Assembly (NCBI GenBank): GCA_023269085.1
Contig: JAHFML010000002.1
Span: 65,266-129,265, forward strand
Reading direction: 5' to 3'
Source: a bacterium
Lineage (GTDB): Bacteria > Patescibacteriota > Minisyncoccia > Phycocordibacterales > Phycocordibacteraceae
DNA length: 64,000 bases
The notes under the pieces are model-generated. The model made no database searches. It worked only from the letters and a program-made list of their open reading frames with translations, and was not told where the DNA came from. Numbering within the stretch: position 1 is the first letter of the stretch; each line of letters starts with the position of its first letter. Positions 45,102 to 55,331 of the stretch are shown piece by piece. The position numbers and the translations under genes were made by a program.

Positions 45102-46523
45102 TCAGAGCGTCTGCACCATCATCGTGTTGGTGCCGCCCACCTTCCCGAATGGGATGCCGGCCGCGATCACGACGTGATCGCCCTTGGTCGCGAGCTTCTG
45201 GCGGAGCATCGCGCGCTTGCTCTCGGCGACGACGTCGAGCAGGTCGGCAAAGGGTTTCGCGATGAGCGGGTGGCAGGCGAAGGAGAGCGCGAGCTTGCGT
45301 GCGGTCGCCGCGTGCGGCGTGAAGACGATGATCGGCCGCGTCGGGCGACAGCGCGAGATCATCCGTGCGGTGAAGCCGCTCTCAGAGAGAGCGACGATAG
45401 CCTTCGCGCTCGTCGCGTGCATCGCGTCGACCACGGCGCGGCCGACGGCGTTGACCATCTCGGTCTCGTCGTTCGCGCGCGTTCTGAAAATATCATGATA
45501 CGAGCTGTGGTTCTCGGTCTTGTGCGCGATGCGCGTCATCATCGCGACGGCTTCGACGGGGTAGTCGCCCATCGCGCTCTCTTGCGAGAGCATAATAGCG
45601 TCGGTGCCGTCGAGGATAGCGTTCGCGACATCAGCTACCTCGGCGCGCGTCGGCACCGGGCTCGTAATCATACTCTCGAGCATTTGGGTCGCGGTGATGA
45701 CCGGCTTGCCCGCATCGGTGCACTTCCGGATGATCTGCTTCTGGATAAGCGGCACATTCTCGGGTGAGACTTCGACCGCCATGTCGCCGCGTGCGACCAT
45801 CACGCCATCGGCGGCCGCGACGATAGCGTCGATGTCGCTGACCGCCTCGACCGTCTCGATCTTCGCGATGATAGCGGGCATAACCTTCGGCGCGTGCTTC
45901 AGGATAAGCGCGCGGAGCTTCTTCACGTCAGCCGCCGAACGGACGAAGGAGAGCGCGACGAAGTCGACGCCCTGCGCGAGCCCGAAGGCGAGATCGGTCT
46001 TGTCCTTCGCGGTTATGGCGCTCACTTTATGAAAGGCACCCGGGATGTTCACGCCGCGGCGGCCCTTAATAGTGCCGCCGATGACGACGCGCGTGATGAC
46101 GTCGCGGCCGGTGATAGCGACGACCTCGAGCTGGCGGCGGCCGTCGTCGAGGAGGATGGTGTCGCCTTTCTTCACCTCGTTCGCGAGATAGGGGTAATTG
46201 ATATATACGCGTCCGACCGAGCCAGCGATTTTCTCTGGCGTGAGACAGAATCGCGCGCCCGGTACGAGCGTGATGCTCCCCTCGGCGAAGTCGCCGATGC
46301 GTATCTTCGGTCCCGAAAGGTCCTGCAGAATGGCAATCGGCTCACCAACCTTCAGAGCCGCCGCTCGGATGTTCGCGATCGCGCTCGCGTGGTCGGCGTG
46401 CGCGCCGTGCGAGAAGTTGAGTCGCGCGACATTCATGCCGGCGTGGATAAGCTCGACGAGCCGCTTCTCTTCGCATGAGGAGGGGCCGATGGTCGCGACG
46501 ATCTTGGTTCGTTTGAATTTCAT
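45102..46523 (-). CDS. pyk: Pyruvate kinase
   Basis: RTKIVATIGPSS, NFSHG, MVARGDMAVE. Confidence 0.9.
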   Translation of the reverse strand: MKFKRTKIVATIGPSSCEEKRLVELIHAGMNVARLNFSHGAHADHASAIANIRAAALKVGEPIAILQDLSGPKIRIGDFAEGSITLVPGARFCLTPEKIAGSVGRVYINYPYLANEVKKGDTILLDDGRRQLEVVAITGRDVITRVVIGGTIKGRRGVNIPGAFHKVSAITAKDKTDLAFGLAQGVDFVALSFVRSAADVKKLRALILKHAPKVMPAIIAKIETVEAVSDIDAIVAAADGVMVARGDMAVEVSPENVPLIQKQIIRKCTDAGKPVITATQMLESMITSPVPTRAEVADVANAILDGTDAIMLSQESAMGDYPVEAVAMMTRIAHKTENHSSYHDIFRTRANDETEMVNAVGRAVVDAMHATSAKAIVALSESGFTARMISRCRPTRPIIVFTPHAATARKLALSFACHPLIAKPFADLLDVVAESKRAMLRQKLATKGDHVVIAAGIPFGKVGGTNTMMVQTL

Positions 46524-46593
46524 ACGGAATATGTTGGATTAGGTACTGCGCCAGTATAGTGCTTCTGGCTTACTTCGGCTAGAATGTCGGGTA

Positions 46594-47664
46594 ATGGTAG
46601 CGAAGAAACATATCGCCCTCGCCTCGATCGCGTCCTTGGCGATCTTCTGCGCCGTGAGCGCGCTCGATCTCGCGGTGGTCGAGTATCGTTCGGCCGCTGC
46701 CGATGCGCCCGAGCGCTTCATCCCGCTCCCGACACTGAACAAAGCCGACTATGACACGCGCCTGCTCGCGCTCGCGCATCTGCCGCCGCTCGCAACCACA
46801 ACCGCGACCTCAACGACTTCGACCAGCTCACCGCAAGCTCCAAGACTTTGGCCGGTCAAAGCCGTCTACCCGAATGCCGACGCCATTCTGCCCTTCAAGC
46901 GCATCGTCGCTTACTACGGCAACTTCTACTCCAAGCAGATGGGCGTGCTCGGCGAATATCCTGACACTCAGGTGCTCGCGATGCTCGCGAGCACGACAGC
47001 GCTCTGGGCTGCTGCCGACCCCGCGACGCCCACGCTTCCGGCCATTCAATACATCGCCACGGTCGCACAGGGGACAGCGGGTAAAGAAGGGAAGTATATC
47101 TTGCGCATGCCCGATAGTCAGATCGACCACGCGCTTGCGCTCGCCGAGGCCGCGCACGGCGTCCTCATTCTCGATGTGCAGGTGGCGCAGAGTACCTTGC
47201 AACATGAGTTGCCACAGCTCGAGAAGTATCTCGCCTTGCCGCAAGTGCATCTTGCCATCGACCCGGAGTTCTCGATGAAGCGGGGCGACGCGCCGGGCAG
47301 GGTCATCGGCACCTTCGATGCGGCCGACATCAATTATGCGGCCGAGTATCTCGCAAGCCTCGTGACGAAGCACCATCTGCCGCCGAAGATGCTCATCGTG
47401 CATCGCTTCACGCACGACATGGTGACGAATTATAAGAAGATAGCGCCCTTGCCAGAAGTCGAAATAGTGATGGACATGGACGGCTGGGGCTCGCAGGCGA
47501 AAAAGAAGGGAACCTACAATCACGTCATCGCGCCGGAGCCGGTGCAATTCACCGGCATCAAGCTCTTCTATAAGGCCGACTTGAAGCCGCCCTCAACCGG
47601 GCTTCTCACCACGACCGAAGTCTTGAATCTCACCCCCGCACCGATTTATATTCAGTATCAATAA
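46594..47664 (+). CDS. Hypothetical membrane-anchored protein (possible glycoside-hydrolase-like TIM barrel)
   Basis: N-terminal TM; no firm motif; guess from secondary-structure-like alternation only. Confidence 0.4.
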   Translation: MVAKKHIALASIASLAIFCAVSALDLAVVEYRSAAADAPERFIPLPTLNKADYDTRLLALAHLPPLATTTATSTTSTSSPQAPRLWPVKAVYPNADAILPFKRIVAYYGNFYSKQMGVLGEYPDTQVLAMLASTTALWAAADPATPTLPAIQYIATVAQGTAGKEGKYILRMPDSQIDHALALAEAAHGVLILDVQVAQSTLQHELPQLEKYLALPQVHLAIDPEFSMKRGDAPGRVIGTFDAADINYAAEYLASLVTKHHLPPKMLIVHRFTHDMVTNYKKIAPLPEVEIVMDMDGWGSQAKKKGTYNHVIAPEPVQFTGIKLFYKADLKPPSTGLLTTTEVLNLTPAPIYIQYQ

Positions 47665-47731
47665 CCAAAAACTTGCTTTCTCGGCGGGTGATGCTAGAAT
47701 AGCAAAGGAACAACTTGATAGGAGCGTTCTT

Positions 47732-48202
47732 TTGAGAAAATTCATAGCCAGCATTTCGTTGATAAGTACTGCTGCTTTTACGCTCGCCATCATCTTGCAA
47801 ATCGTATTGAACGACAGCAAGGTGGGACAGAGTACGGAAGCAAGAACAGCAATACATTTCAATGAACTCGCGTCGGTTCCGGTGACCGATATTCTTTTGC
47901 CGAAGCCGACATCATCGCGGGTCGTTGTTGCCTCGTGGTATGGCGAAGCCTTCCAAGGTAAGCCGATGGCGAATGGCGAGCCGTTCGACATGGACGAGCT
48001 CACCATCGCACATAAGACCTTGCCACTTGGAACACGGGTTCGTATCGAGAATCCGGAGAACGGGAGGGAAGTCATCGCGATTGTCACCGACCGCGGGCCG
48101 TATATCGACGGGCGGGAGATCGACTTGTCGAGACGATGCGCGAAGATGCTCGGCCTCTTGCGGCGGGGAACAGGCCTCGTCGAATTTGAGGTTTTGGCGT
48201 AA
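47732..48202 (+). CDS. RlpA-like double-psi beta-barrel (DPBB) lytic transglycosylase-like lipoprotein
   Basis: ASWYGEAFQGKPMANGEPFDMDELTIAHKTLPLGTRVRIEN...IVTDRGPY RlpA signature. Confidence 0.75.
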   Translation: MRKFIASISLISTAAFTLAIILQIVLNDSKVGQSTEARTAIHFNELASVPVTDILLPKPTSSRVVVASWYGEAFQGKPMANGEPFDMDELTIAHKTLPLGTRVRIENPENGREVIAIVTDRGPYIDGREIDLSRRCAKMLGLLRRGTGLVEFEVLA

Positions 48203-48237
48203 CAACAACGGTGCAACACCTGGTGTTGCACAAAACC

Positions 48238-48266
48238 ACGGGCGGCCTCACGGCCGCCCGTTTTCC
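48238..48266 (+). terminator. Rho-independent terminator CGGGCGGCC-tcac-GGCCGCCCG + TTTTCC
   Basis: Seen directly after the rlpA-like gene. Confidence 0.85.
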
Positions 48267-48313
48267 ATATTCGATACTTGTGCGCTTCGCGAGTGTGCTA
48301 TCATACGGCGCAT

Positions 48314-49042
48314 ATGGAAAATAATAATGAAATGAGCAACAAGTTCTTCTTGCCGGGTGCGGTCGTGGTCGCGGGGCTCCTTATCGCCGGAGCGGTGGTC
48401 TGGAGCAACGCGCATCCGACGGCGGCGACTTCTGGCGGTCAGCCCGCCGCGCCGAAGGTGAATATCAAAGATATCAAGATGGACGGCGACCCATTCATCG
48501 GCAAGGCTGATGCGCCGGTCACCATCGCCTTCTGGAGCGACTTCCAGTGTCCGTACTGCAAGGCGGCAGAGGTTGGCGGCGTCCCGCAGATCAATCTCGC
48601 GGCCGCATTCCCCGATGTCGTGAAGAATTATGTCGACACTGGCAAGGCGAAGGTCGTCTTCATGGACTTCATCTTCCTCGGTAACGACTCCATCGCGGCA
48701 GGCCTCTACAATCGCGCCGTGTGGAAGCTCTATCCGGATCAGTACTTCGCATGGCGCACCGCGATGTACACCGCACAAGACGAGGAGGGCGATAAGGGCT
48801 TCGGTAATGCCGCCTCGATCGACAAGCTCGACGCTACGATCGCTGGTCTTGATGCCGCGAAGATCGCAGAGGACGTGAAGGCGAACACGACCGTCTACCA
48901 GGCCATGCTCGACGCCGACAAGGCCGAAGCCTCGAAGCTCGGCATCAATGCGACGCCATCGTTCGTCATCGGCACCAAGCTTCTCCAAGGCGCATATCCC
49001 TTTGACGCTTTCAAGGCGGCGATTGATCCGCTCCTGAAGTAG
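48314..49042 (+). CDS. DsbA-family thiol:disulfide oxidoreductase (membrane-anchored)
   Basis: Thioredoxin-fold active site FQCPYCK; N-terminal TM; start moved to ATG 48314 (ORF track TTG 48278). Confidence 0.75.
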   Translation: MENNNEMSNKFFLPGAVVVAGLLIAGAVVWSNAHPTAATSGGQPAAPKVNIKDIKMDGDPFIGKADAPVTIAFWSDFQCPYCKAAEVGGVPQINLAAAFPDVVKNYVDTGKAKVVFMDFIFLGNDSIAAGLYNRAVWKLYPDQYFAWRTAMYTAQDEEGDKGFGNAASIDKLDATIAGLDAAKIAEDVKANTTVYQAMLDADKAEASKLGINATPSFVIGTKLLQGAYPFDAFKAAIDPLLK

Positions 49043-49044
49043 CT

Positions 49045-49755
49045 GTGGCCGTCATCTTCTTCTCGCTTGCGGCTTTCGTCGCCACCTTCGTCGGCGGCTC
49101 GACCGCGCTTCATTTCCGCGACAAGCTTCACCTTATCCTCGGCTTCTCGGCGGGCGCAGTCGCAGGCGTCGCACTCTTCGACCTGCTCCCCGAGGCGATA
49201 ACCCTCGGGACGAGCTATCACAGCGCAGAGACCGTCGCGCTTTTCGTAGCGTTCGGTCTCTTCGGGTATCTCGTCCTCGACCGACTGGTCCTCCTCCATA
49301 CGCACGAAGAAGATGATCCGTCTGCACGCAAAGGTGCGTTCGGCGCGCTCACGCTCGCGGCGCACAGCTTCGTCGACGGCGTGGCGATCGGCATCGGCTT
49401 TCAAGCGTCGAGCGCTATCGGTCTCGTGGTCGCGGTGGCGGTCCTGACTCACGATTTCTCCGACGGCATCAACACGGTAAATTTCGTCTTGCGCAACAAT
49501 GGTCGCCCGGGTCAGGCTCTGCGCTGGCTCATCATCGACGCGAGCGCGCCCGTGCTCGGCGCCGCATCGACGCTCCTCTTTGTCATCCCGCCATCAGCCA
49601 TCGGCCTCGTGCTCGCCGTCTTCGTCGGGACATTCCTCTATCTCTCAGCGAGCGACCTTATCCCCGAGAGCCATCACCGGCATCCGCGCGCCTTGACGAC
49701 GGTTATGACGATCCTTGGTGCGCTCGTGCTCTATGCCATCACCAGGGTGGTATAA
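49045..49755 (+). CDS. ZIP-family divalent metal transporter
   Basis: HSFVDGVAIGIGF and HDFSDGINT metal-binding TM motifs typical of ZupT/ZIP. Confidence 0.75.
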   Translation: MAVIFFSLAAFVATFVGGSTALHFRDKLHLILGFSAGAVAGVALFDLLPEAITLGTSYHSAETVALFVAFGLFGYLVLDRLVLLHTHEEDDPSARKGAFGALTLAAHSFVDGVAIGIGFQASSAIGLVVAVAVLTHDFSDGINTVNFVLRNNGRPGQALRWLIIDASAPVLGAASTLLFVIPPSAIGLVLAVFVGTFLYLSASDLIPESHHRHPRALTTVMTILGALVLYAITRVV

Positions 49756-49756
49756 T
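49748..49756 (+). promoter_or_regulatory. Extended -10 promoter element TGgTATAAT upstream of holin-like gene
   Basis: TATAAT at 49751-49756, TG at -15/-14; 9 nt upstream of ATG 49766. Confidence 0.5.
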
Positions 49757-49765
49757 TTCAATCGT

Positions 49766-50101
49766 ATGAAATTACTTTTCAAATGGTTCATCGCGACGGT
49801 CGCTATCGGCATCGCCGCCCACATCGTCCCGGGCGTCAGCGTTACGCCGACCAGCGCTCTGATCGCGGCCGTCGTCCTTGGCGCGCTCAATCTCTTCATC
49901 CGACCGATTCTCCTCATTCTCACGCTTCCGATTACCATCATCACGCTCGGACTCTTTTCGCTTGTCGTGAACGCGCTTCTTGTCCTCCTTGTCGCGCTCG
50001 TCGTGCCGGGCTTCTCGGTCGCGGGGTTCTGGCCTGCGCTCCTCTTCGCGTTCGTCCTCGCTCTCGTCAATTGGGTCTTCCACTTCTGGACGCATAGTTA
50101 G
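49766..50101 (+). CDS. Phage-holin-family-4-like (DUF360) small membrane protein
   Basis: FIATVAIGIAAHIVPGVSV...LGALNLFIRPILLILTLPITIITLGLFSLVVNALLVLLVALVVPGF matches the 4-TM holin/DUF360 pattern; start ATG 49766. Confidence 0.6.
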   Translation: MKLLFKWFIATVAIGIAAHIVPGVSVTPTSALIAAVVLGALNLFIRPILLILTLPITIITLGLFSLVVNALLVLLVALVVPGFSVAGFWPALLFAFVLALVNWVFHFWTHS

Positions 50102-50118
50102 GACATCCAGTGTCCTAA
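50098..50118. repeat. Palindrome TTAGGACA-tccag-TGTCCTAA (family C-related GGACA/TGTCC core)
   Basis: Seen directly, overlapping the holin-like stop codon. Confidence 0.7.
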
Positions 50119-50130
50119 TTTTTCTAACAT

Positions 50131-50340
50131 ATGATTGACCAAGAACTCGCCGCAAAGCTTGATGAGATAGGCGCAAAAGCCGAGAAGGCGTATCAGGCCG
50201 CCGAGAAGGTGCGCAAGTATCTCTTCTGGACCGGCGTCGTCACCGCCGCGCTTGTCGTCATACCCGCTATCGGCCTCGCCTTCGCCGTCCCCCAATTCAT
50301 CGACACCTACACGACAACCTTAGGGGGTCTTGGGTATTAG
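50131..50340 (+). CDS. Hypothetical small membrane protein
   Basis: 69 aa, amphipathic N-terminus then TM LFWTGVVTAALVVIPAIGLAFAV. Confidence 0.45.
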   Translation: MIDQELAAKLDEIGAKAEKAYQAAEKVRKYLFWTGVVTAALVVIPAIGLAFAVPQFIDTYTTTLGGLGY

Positions 50341-50414
50341 CGCTCCTGTGTATAACGTCGTGGATATTTCTGACGTGAGATATACTGTAAATATTAATTA
50401 AGCTATTTGAACCT

Positions 50415-50771
50415 ATGCCCCCAACATACACAGAAGAGCAGGTGTTCCCCGTTGATCAGTCAGAGCAGAAGCACCATCATCTGAAATGGCTTCTTGTTGT
50501 CCTTGCTCTTGTCATCGTAGGTTCTGTTTGTTGGTACTTCTTTGTCTATATTCGCTCAACGCCACCAACCGCAACACCCACCGCGGTCTCGACAAAGCCG
50601 ACAGAGGCAGAGATCCAGGCCGCTCTCACCAAGCTCGCTGGTACCTCAACACCGAAAGTGTCGCCGGTCGCGATCCGCAAACAGCTCGACGCACTCGCGA
50701 AGAAGGGTTCTGACACGAAACAGCCTACCGAGGCAGAGATTCAGGCCGCACTCTCGGCGCAGACCAAATAA
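50415..50771 (+). CDS. Hypothetical membrane-anchored protein with PTEAEIQAAL repeat
   Basis: TM LKWLLVVLALVIVGSVCWYFFVYI; duplicated KPTEAEIQAALTK / QPTEAEIQAALSA motif. Confidence 0.45.
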   Translation: MPPTYTEEQVFPVDQSEQKHHHLKWLLVVLALVIVGSVCWYFFVYIRSTPPTATPTAVSTKPTEAEIQAALTKLAGTSTPKVSPVAIRKQLDALAKKGSDTKQPTEAEIQAALSAQTK

Positions 50772-50784
50772 CTAGTTATTTTCT

Positions 50785-51267
50785 ATGACCTACAAAACAA
50801 CACTCCTAGGAATAGCTCTCGCGGTCTTTATCATTGTTGGTTTCAACCATCCGTCTGTTAAGGCCGCTCAGACCGGCTGGCTCTGGGGCGGCACGCCCTC
50901 TGCAGACGGAGCGTACCAAGGCATCGGCTGGATTGATGCGAGCGGTGTCACCGTCCCCACAACCGACGCTGATCTCTCCGGCTACGCCTGGACCCCCTAC
51001 TACGGCTGGCTCTCCTTCACCGCCTCCGACCTCGCTGGCTGTCCTGATGGCAACTGCCACGCCTATCGTCAAGGCTCTGCTATCAAAGGCTGGGCCAAGT
51101 TCCTCGCTCTCGGCACCAACGGTACTGCGACCAACGGCTGGGTCTCCCTCTCGGGTACTGGTTACGGTATCGGCTCTGCCGCTCCCTATGCCTGGTCAGA
51201 CGATCTTGGGTGGATCGATATCGCGGGGCTCATGAATGTGCCGACGGTGAATATTCAGTTCCAGTAA
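50785..51267 (+). CDS. Hypothetical secreted protein with six GW[ILF] repeats
   Basis: Signal peptide; GWLWGG, GIGWIDASG, YYGWLSF, KGWAKFL, NGWVSLSG, LGWIDIAG recurring. Confidence 0.5.
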   Translation: MTYKTTLLGIALAVFIIVGFNHPSVKAAQTGWLWGGTPSADGAYQGIGWIDASGVTVPTTDADLSGYAWTPYYGWLSFTASDLAGCPDGNCHAYRQGSAIKGWAKFLALGTNGTATNGWVSLSGTGYGIGSAAPYAWSDDLGWIDIAGLMNVPTVNIQFQ

Positions 51268-51302
51268 CATTAACATTCGTCGCCAATAAATAACCCATAC
51301 CC

Positions 51303-52166
51303 ATGAAAGAACTAACTCGTTCAACGCTCGTCACCATCGTCGCCTCATCGCTCTCCCTCCTCGCCTTCTACGCGATCAACGCTTCTGCACAATCAGCCTG
51401 GACTCCAGCTCCAGCTAACGCTCCCTCAGGCAACGTGGCAGGCCCCCTCACCACGGGCGCAACCGGTCAGAGCAAAGCCGGCAACCTTATGCTCAACACC
51501 GACGGCACCCTCGCCAACGGCCTCATCGTCGCGAATGGGAATGTGGGGATTGGGACAATAACTCCCACAGCAAAGGTGCATATCGATGCGAGTGCTGCCA
51601 ATACCACTGCATTGGAACTCGATACCTACGGAAGCAGCTCGTCCTCCGCGAACAGCATCCTGTTTAAAAATACGAACCAACCCGGTTTCTCGTGGCAAAT
51701 GGAGAATGCCTGGGATGGATCCTTCCGTATCGGAAGATCGGGAGATTCAGCTGCGGGTACATACCCGTTTTTTGTCCAGAAAAACGGAAACATCGCTGTC
51801 GGGGCAGCCAGTGCGAATAATTCCAAAGGAACCGGTGGCTACCTTGACGCCAAAGACGTCTACCTCCGTGACGCCGGGAAGTGGGCGAGTCAGCTTGGGG
51901 GTACTGGGAGTGCCAAAATACTACTGAAAAGTGAGTATATCGCTATATTTAGCGGGCATAGTACAGAACAGACACCGAATGGTTTTAAGCTCTGGATTGA
52001 CGCTAGCGGTAATGTGTTTATGCGGAACCCGAGTAAGGGTAATGTCATAAATCTGGGGGGACTTGGTACTTTTCAGGATCTTTCAAAGCCCTATATGCTG
52101 AGTAGTGTATATGTCAATATATATGGAGCAGGTTGGGGTGGCGAATATGCTGCTTGGGTCAACTGA
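51303..52166 (+). CDS. Hypothetical secreted beta-rich protein (tail-fibre/adhesin-like Gly/Asn-rich)
   Basis: Signal peptide ...AINASA/QSA; NGNVGIGTITPTAKVHI-type motif common in fibre-like proteins; 3' part lower GC. Confidence 0.45.
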   Translation: MKELTRSTLVTIVASSLSLLAFYAINASAQSAWTPAPANAPSGNVAGPLTTGATGQSKAGNLMLNTDGTLANGLIVANGNVGIGTITPTAKVHIDASAANTTALELDTYGSSSSSANSILFKNTNQPGFSWQMENAWDGSFRIGRSGDSAAGTYPFFVQKNGNIAVGAASANNSKGTGGYLDAKDVYLRDAGKWASQLGGTGSAKILLKSEYIAIFSGHSTEQTPNGFKLWIDASGNVFMRNPSKGNVINLGGLGTFQDLSKPYMLSSVYVNIYGAGWGGEYAAWVN

Positions 52167-52236
52167 TTTTTCAGCTCTACCTGGTTTGCACAACGCAGAT
52201 GACTTCTGCAGAAGTGCATCATGCTACAATGCGCGT

Positions 52237-52569
52237 ATGAAAGAGGTGAAAAAATCAACAGGAAACGAACCGACCATCACTGATGTGATGGCATCTTTAC
52301 AAGATCTAACGGAAGCAGTGCAGTCTGGCTTTGCAAAGCATGAAGCAAGGTTTGATCGTCACGAAAAGATTCTTGCGGCTTTGCACGAAGGGCAAAATAA
52401 TCTCACCGAGCGCGTCGGGGACATGGATCGACGACTCATCGCTACGCAGAGTCGCGTTGAAGATATCGCGGATATGTTCGAGAGCACGACCGATGTCGTC
52501 GATGAGAGCCGCGACCAGATTTTCGATCACGAGATTCGCCTCAAGCGGCTTGAGGAAGTAGCTGTGTAG
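52237..52569 (+). CDS. Hypothetical coiled-coil protein
   Basis: 110 aa, heptad-like Glu/Arg/Leu pattern; start moved to ATG 52237. Confidence 0.4.
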   Translation: MKEVKKSTGNEPTITDVMASLQDLTEAVQSGFAKHEARFDRHEKILAALHEGQNNLTERVGDMDRRLIATQSRVEDIADMFESTTDVVDESRDQIFDHEIRLKRLEEVAV

Positions 52570-52571
52570 CT

Positions 52572-55328
52572 ATGGAGAATCTGCCGCGGCTATCGACGCC
52601 TGAAGATGAACTCGCGTATCTGCGAGCGAAGGTCGCCGAGCAGGAGGCGGCGCTCACGCAAGCGGGGGGCGCGCCCGAGCGCGCGCAGATTATTAGCGAG
52701 CACGTGAGCGCGCATCACGCCGCGCCGCGCGAGATACTCGCGCCCGAATATCAGATGAGCGCGGCGACCGCGACGAGCGAAGCCGAGGCAATCCTAGCCG
52801 AGCTCGATCTCGGCGGGAGCGAGGCGGCGGTGCGGAGCCTCGAGAAGACGATGGACGAAAAGGGCATCAAGAACGCACTCGCTATCCTCGAGCGAACCGG
52901 CGATCCGCATCTCGCCGACGACTTTCATCGCTTCCTGGTGCGCTATATCGCCGCCGGCCTGCCAGTCTTGGGTGCTGACGAGAAGGCGCCGCGCTGGCGC
53001 GCACTCCACATGACGCTTTATGAAATCGCGCTCCAGGGGCCAAAGGCGGGCGAGGACGCACGCAAGCCCTTGAAGGAGCTTATCTCGAGCATGGAACAGC
53101 TCTATGCCGGCATGCTCTCGGTCGAGACGGCGACGTCGGGCGAGCCGCAGTACATCGCGCTCGAGCTCGCGGTGCCGGCTGATAGCCCTGAGCTCCAGTT
53201 CTATGCCGCCGTGCCGAACAGTAAGCGCAATCTCTTTGAGAAGCAGCTCCTCGCCATCTTCCCCGATGCGCACCTTGTCCCGCAGATGGCCGACTATAAC
53301 ATCTTCGCCGAGGGCGGGACGGCGCTTGTCTCAGTTGCGAAGCAGGCCGAGCGCCCTGCACTCCCGCTGAAGGACTACAGCGACTTCGACTATGACCCGA
53401 TAAATACGGTGATGAACGCTTTTGCGAAGATTGAGCATAAAGGCGAAGGCGCGGCGCTCCAGATTATCATCGAGCCAAGGGGCGAGCAGTATGTGAAGCA
53501 CTATCGCAAGATCTTGCAGGCCTTGCGCAAGGGTGTGCGCAAGGGTGAAGCATTCGGCATTGCAGAGACCGCCGTCGGCGAAGTCTTCCAAGACCTCGGT
53601 AAAAAACTCTTCTCGGATAGTTCAAAAGATAAAGAGAAGGAGAAGGAGGCCGAGGCGCGCGGTGCCGAAGCGAACAAGTCGACTATCGAACAAGTCGAGA
53701 AGAAGATCGCCGCTCCTGTCGTCGCGGCGACCATCCGCCTCGCCGCCTCCTCGCGCAATGCAAATGTCGCGAGTCAAGTGCTCGGCGATCTCGAGGCGTC
53801 GTTCAACCAATTTTCAAATACGCAGGGGAATCGCCTTGAGTTCACCCGCACTGATGCAAAGCATAGCGCGCGCGAGCTTGAAGATTTCTCCTTTCGTTTG
53901 CCCGCAGACAAAACGCTCCCGCTCTCGCTTCGTGAGCTCACGACGCTCTACCACTTCCCGCCGTCCGGCATTATGAGCTCGCCCCATTTGAAGCAGTCGC
54001 GCTTCACCCACGCACCCGCGCCGCTCGCGCTCCCCGCGGCGGGGAATCTTCTCGGTATCAATTCGTATCGCGGCGCGACTACCGAGATCCGCCTCGCGCC
54101 TGAAGACCGTCTCCGCCATCTCTACATCATCGGCCAGACCGGCACCGGTAAGACCGGTCTCATGAAGAGCATGATTATTCAAGATATTAAGAATGGCGAG
54201 GGTTGCTGCTATATCGACCCGCACGGCTCCGACATCCTTGATGTGCTCGCGGCCGTCCCGCCCGAGCGGTATAAGGATGTGATTTATTTCGACCCGGCCG
54301 ATCTCTCGCGCCCCTTCGGGCTCAACTTCCTCGAGTACGACTTCTCGCGCCCCGAGCAGAAGACCTTCATCGTGAACGAGCTCCTCATGATATTCCGTCG
54401 GCTCTATGGCGACGTGCCCGAGAGCATGGGCCCCGCATTCGAACAATACTTCCGCAATGCGACGCAGCTCGTGATGGAGGATCCCTCGAGCGGCTCGACG
54501 ATGATGGATATCGCGCGCGTCTTCACCGATAGCGAGTTCCGCAAGCAGAAGCTCGCCAAGAGCATGAACCCTATCATCAACCAGTTCTGGCAGGAGATAG
54601 CGACCAAGGCCGGTGGCGACGCGTCGCTCGAGAACATCGTCCCCTATATCACCAACAAGTTCGACGACTTCACTGCGAACGACTTCATCCGCCCGATCGT
54701 CGGCCAGCAAGAATCCTCCTTCAAGTTCCGCGAGGTGATGGACTCGAAGAAGATACTGCTCGTCAATCTCTCGAAGGGGCGTTTGGGCGAGCGGAACGCG
54801 AACCTGCTCGGTCTTGTCATCGTAGGCAAGCTCTTCATGGCGGCCTTGTCGCGCGCCGATAACCCTCGCGCCGCCTTCGCGCCCTTCTATCTCTACATCG
54901 ACGAATTCCAAAATGTCACCACCGACTCTATCCCCGGCATTCTCTCGGAGGCGCGCAAGTATAAGCTCTCCCTCGCGATGGCGCACCAATTTTTGAATCA
55001 GATAGAAGAGAAGACGCGCAGCGCGGTCTTCGGCAACGTCGGCAACATGGCGATATTCCGCGTCGGCGAGGAGGACGCGGAGTTCTTCGCGAAGCAATTC
55101 GCGCCGGTCTTCGAGCCGCTCGACTTCGTAAATATCGAGAATAGAAATGCCTATGTGAAGATTCTCACGGGCGGCGTGCCGCAGAAGCCCTTCGACATGA
55201 AGACGCCCGACCTGCCGCAGGGGAGCCCCGAGCAGGTTGATGATCTCATCCACCTCTCCAGCCTGACCTATGGCCGCGACCGTGCTACTATTGAGACCAT
55301 GATTCGCGAACGATATTTATCTCACTAA
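52572..55328 (+). CDS. Large P-loop NTPase of the FtsK/HerA/VirD4-TrwB (T4SS coupling/VirB4-like) type
   Basis: Walker A HLYIIGQTGTGKTGLM (cf. TrwB GATGTGKS), Walker B FYLYIDEFQN, LAMAHQ; ~470-aa soluble N-terminal domain without TM; 918 aa. Confidence 0.65.
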   Translation: MENLPRLSTPEDELAYLRAKVAEQEAALTQAGGAPERAQIISEHVSAHHAAPREILAPEYQMSAATATSEAEAILAELDLGGSEAAVRSLEKTMDEKGIKNALAILERTGDPHLADDFHRFLVRYIAAGLPVLGADEKAPRWRALHMTLYEIALQGPKAGEDARKPLKELISSMEQLYAGMLSVETATSGEPQYIALELAVPADSPELQFYAAVPNSKRNLFEKQLLAIFPDAHLVPQMADYNIFAEGGTALVSVAKQAERPALPLKDYSDFDYDPINTVMNAFAKIEHKGEGAALQIIIEPRGEQYVKHYRKILQALRKGVRKGEAFGIAETAVGEVFQDLGKKLFSDSSKDKEKEKEAEARGAEANKSTIEQVEKKIAAPVVAATIRLAASSRNANVASQVLGDLEASFNQFSNTQGNRLEFTRTDAKHSARELEDFSFRLPADKTLPLSLRELTTLYHFPPSGIMSSPHLKQSRFTHAPAPLALPAAGNLLGINSYRGATTEIRLAPEDRLRHLYIIGQTGTGKTGLMKSMIIQDIKNGEGCCYIDPHGSDILDVLAAVPPERYKDVIYFDPADLSRPFGLNFLEYDFSRPEQKTFIVNELLMIFRRLYGDVPESMGPAFEQYFRNATQLVMEDPSSGSTMMDIARVFTDSEFRKQKLAKSMNPIINQFWQEIATKAGGDASLENIVPYITNKFDDFTANDFIRPIVGQQESSFKFREVMDSKKILLVNLSKGRLGERNANLLGLVIVGKLFMAALSRADNPRAAFAPFYLYIDEFQNVTTDSIPGILSEARKYKLSLAMAHQFLNQIEEKTRSAVFGNVGNMAIFRVGEEDAEFFAKQFAPVFEPLDFVNIENRNAYVKILTGGVPQKPFDMKTPDLPQGSPEQVDDLIHLSSLTYGRDRATIETMIRERYLSH

Positions 55329-55331
55329 AAT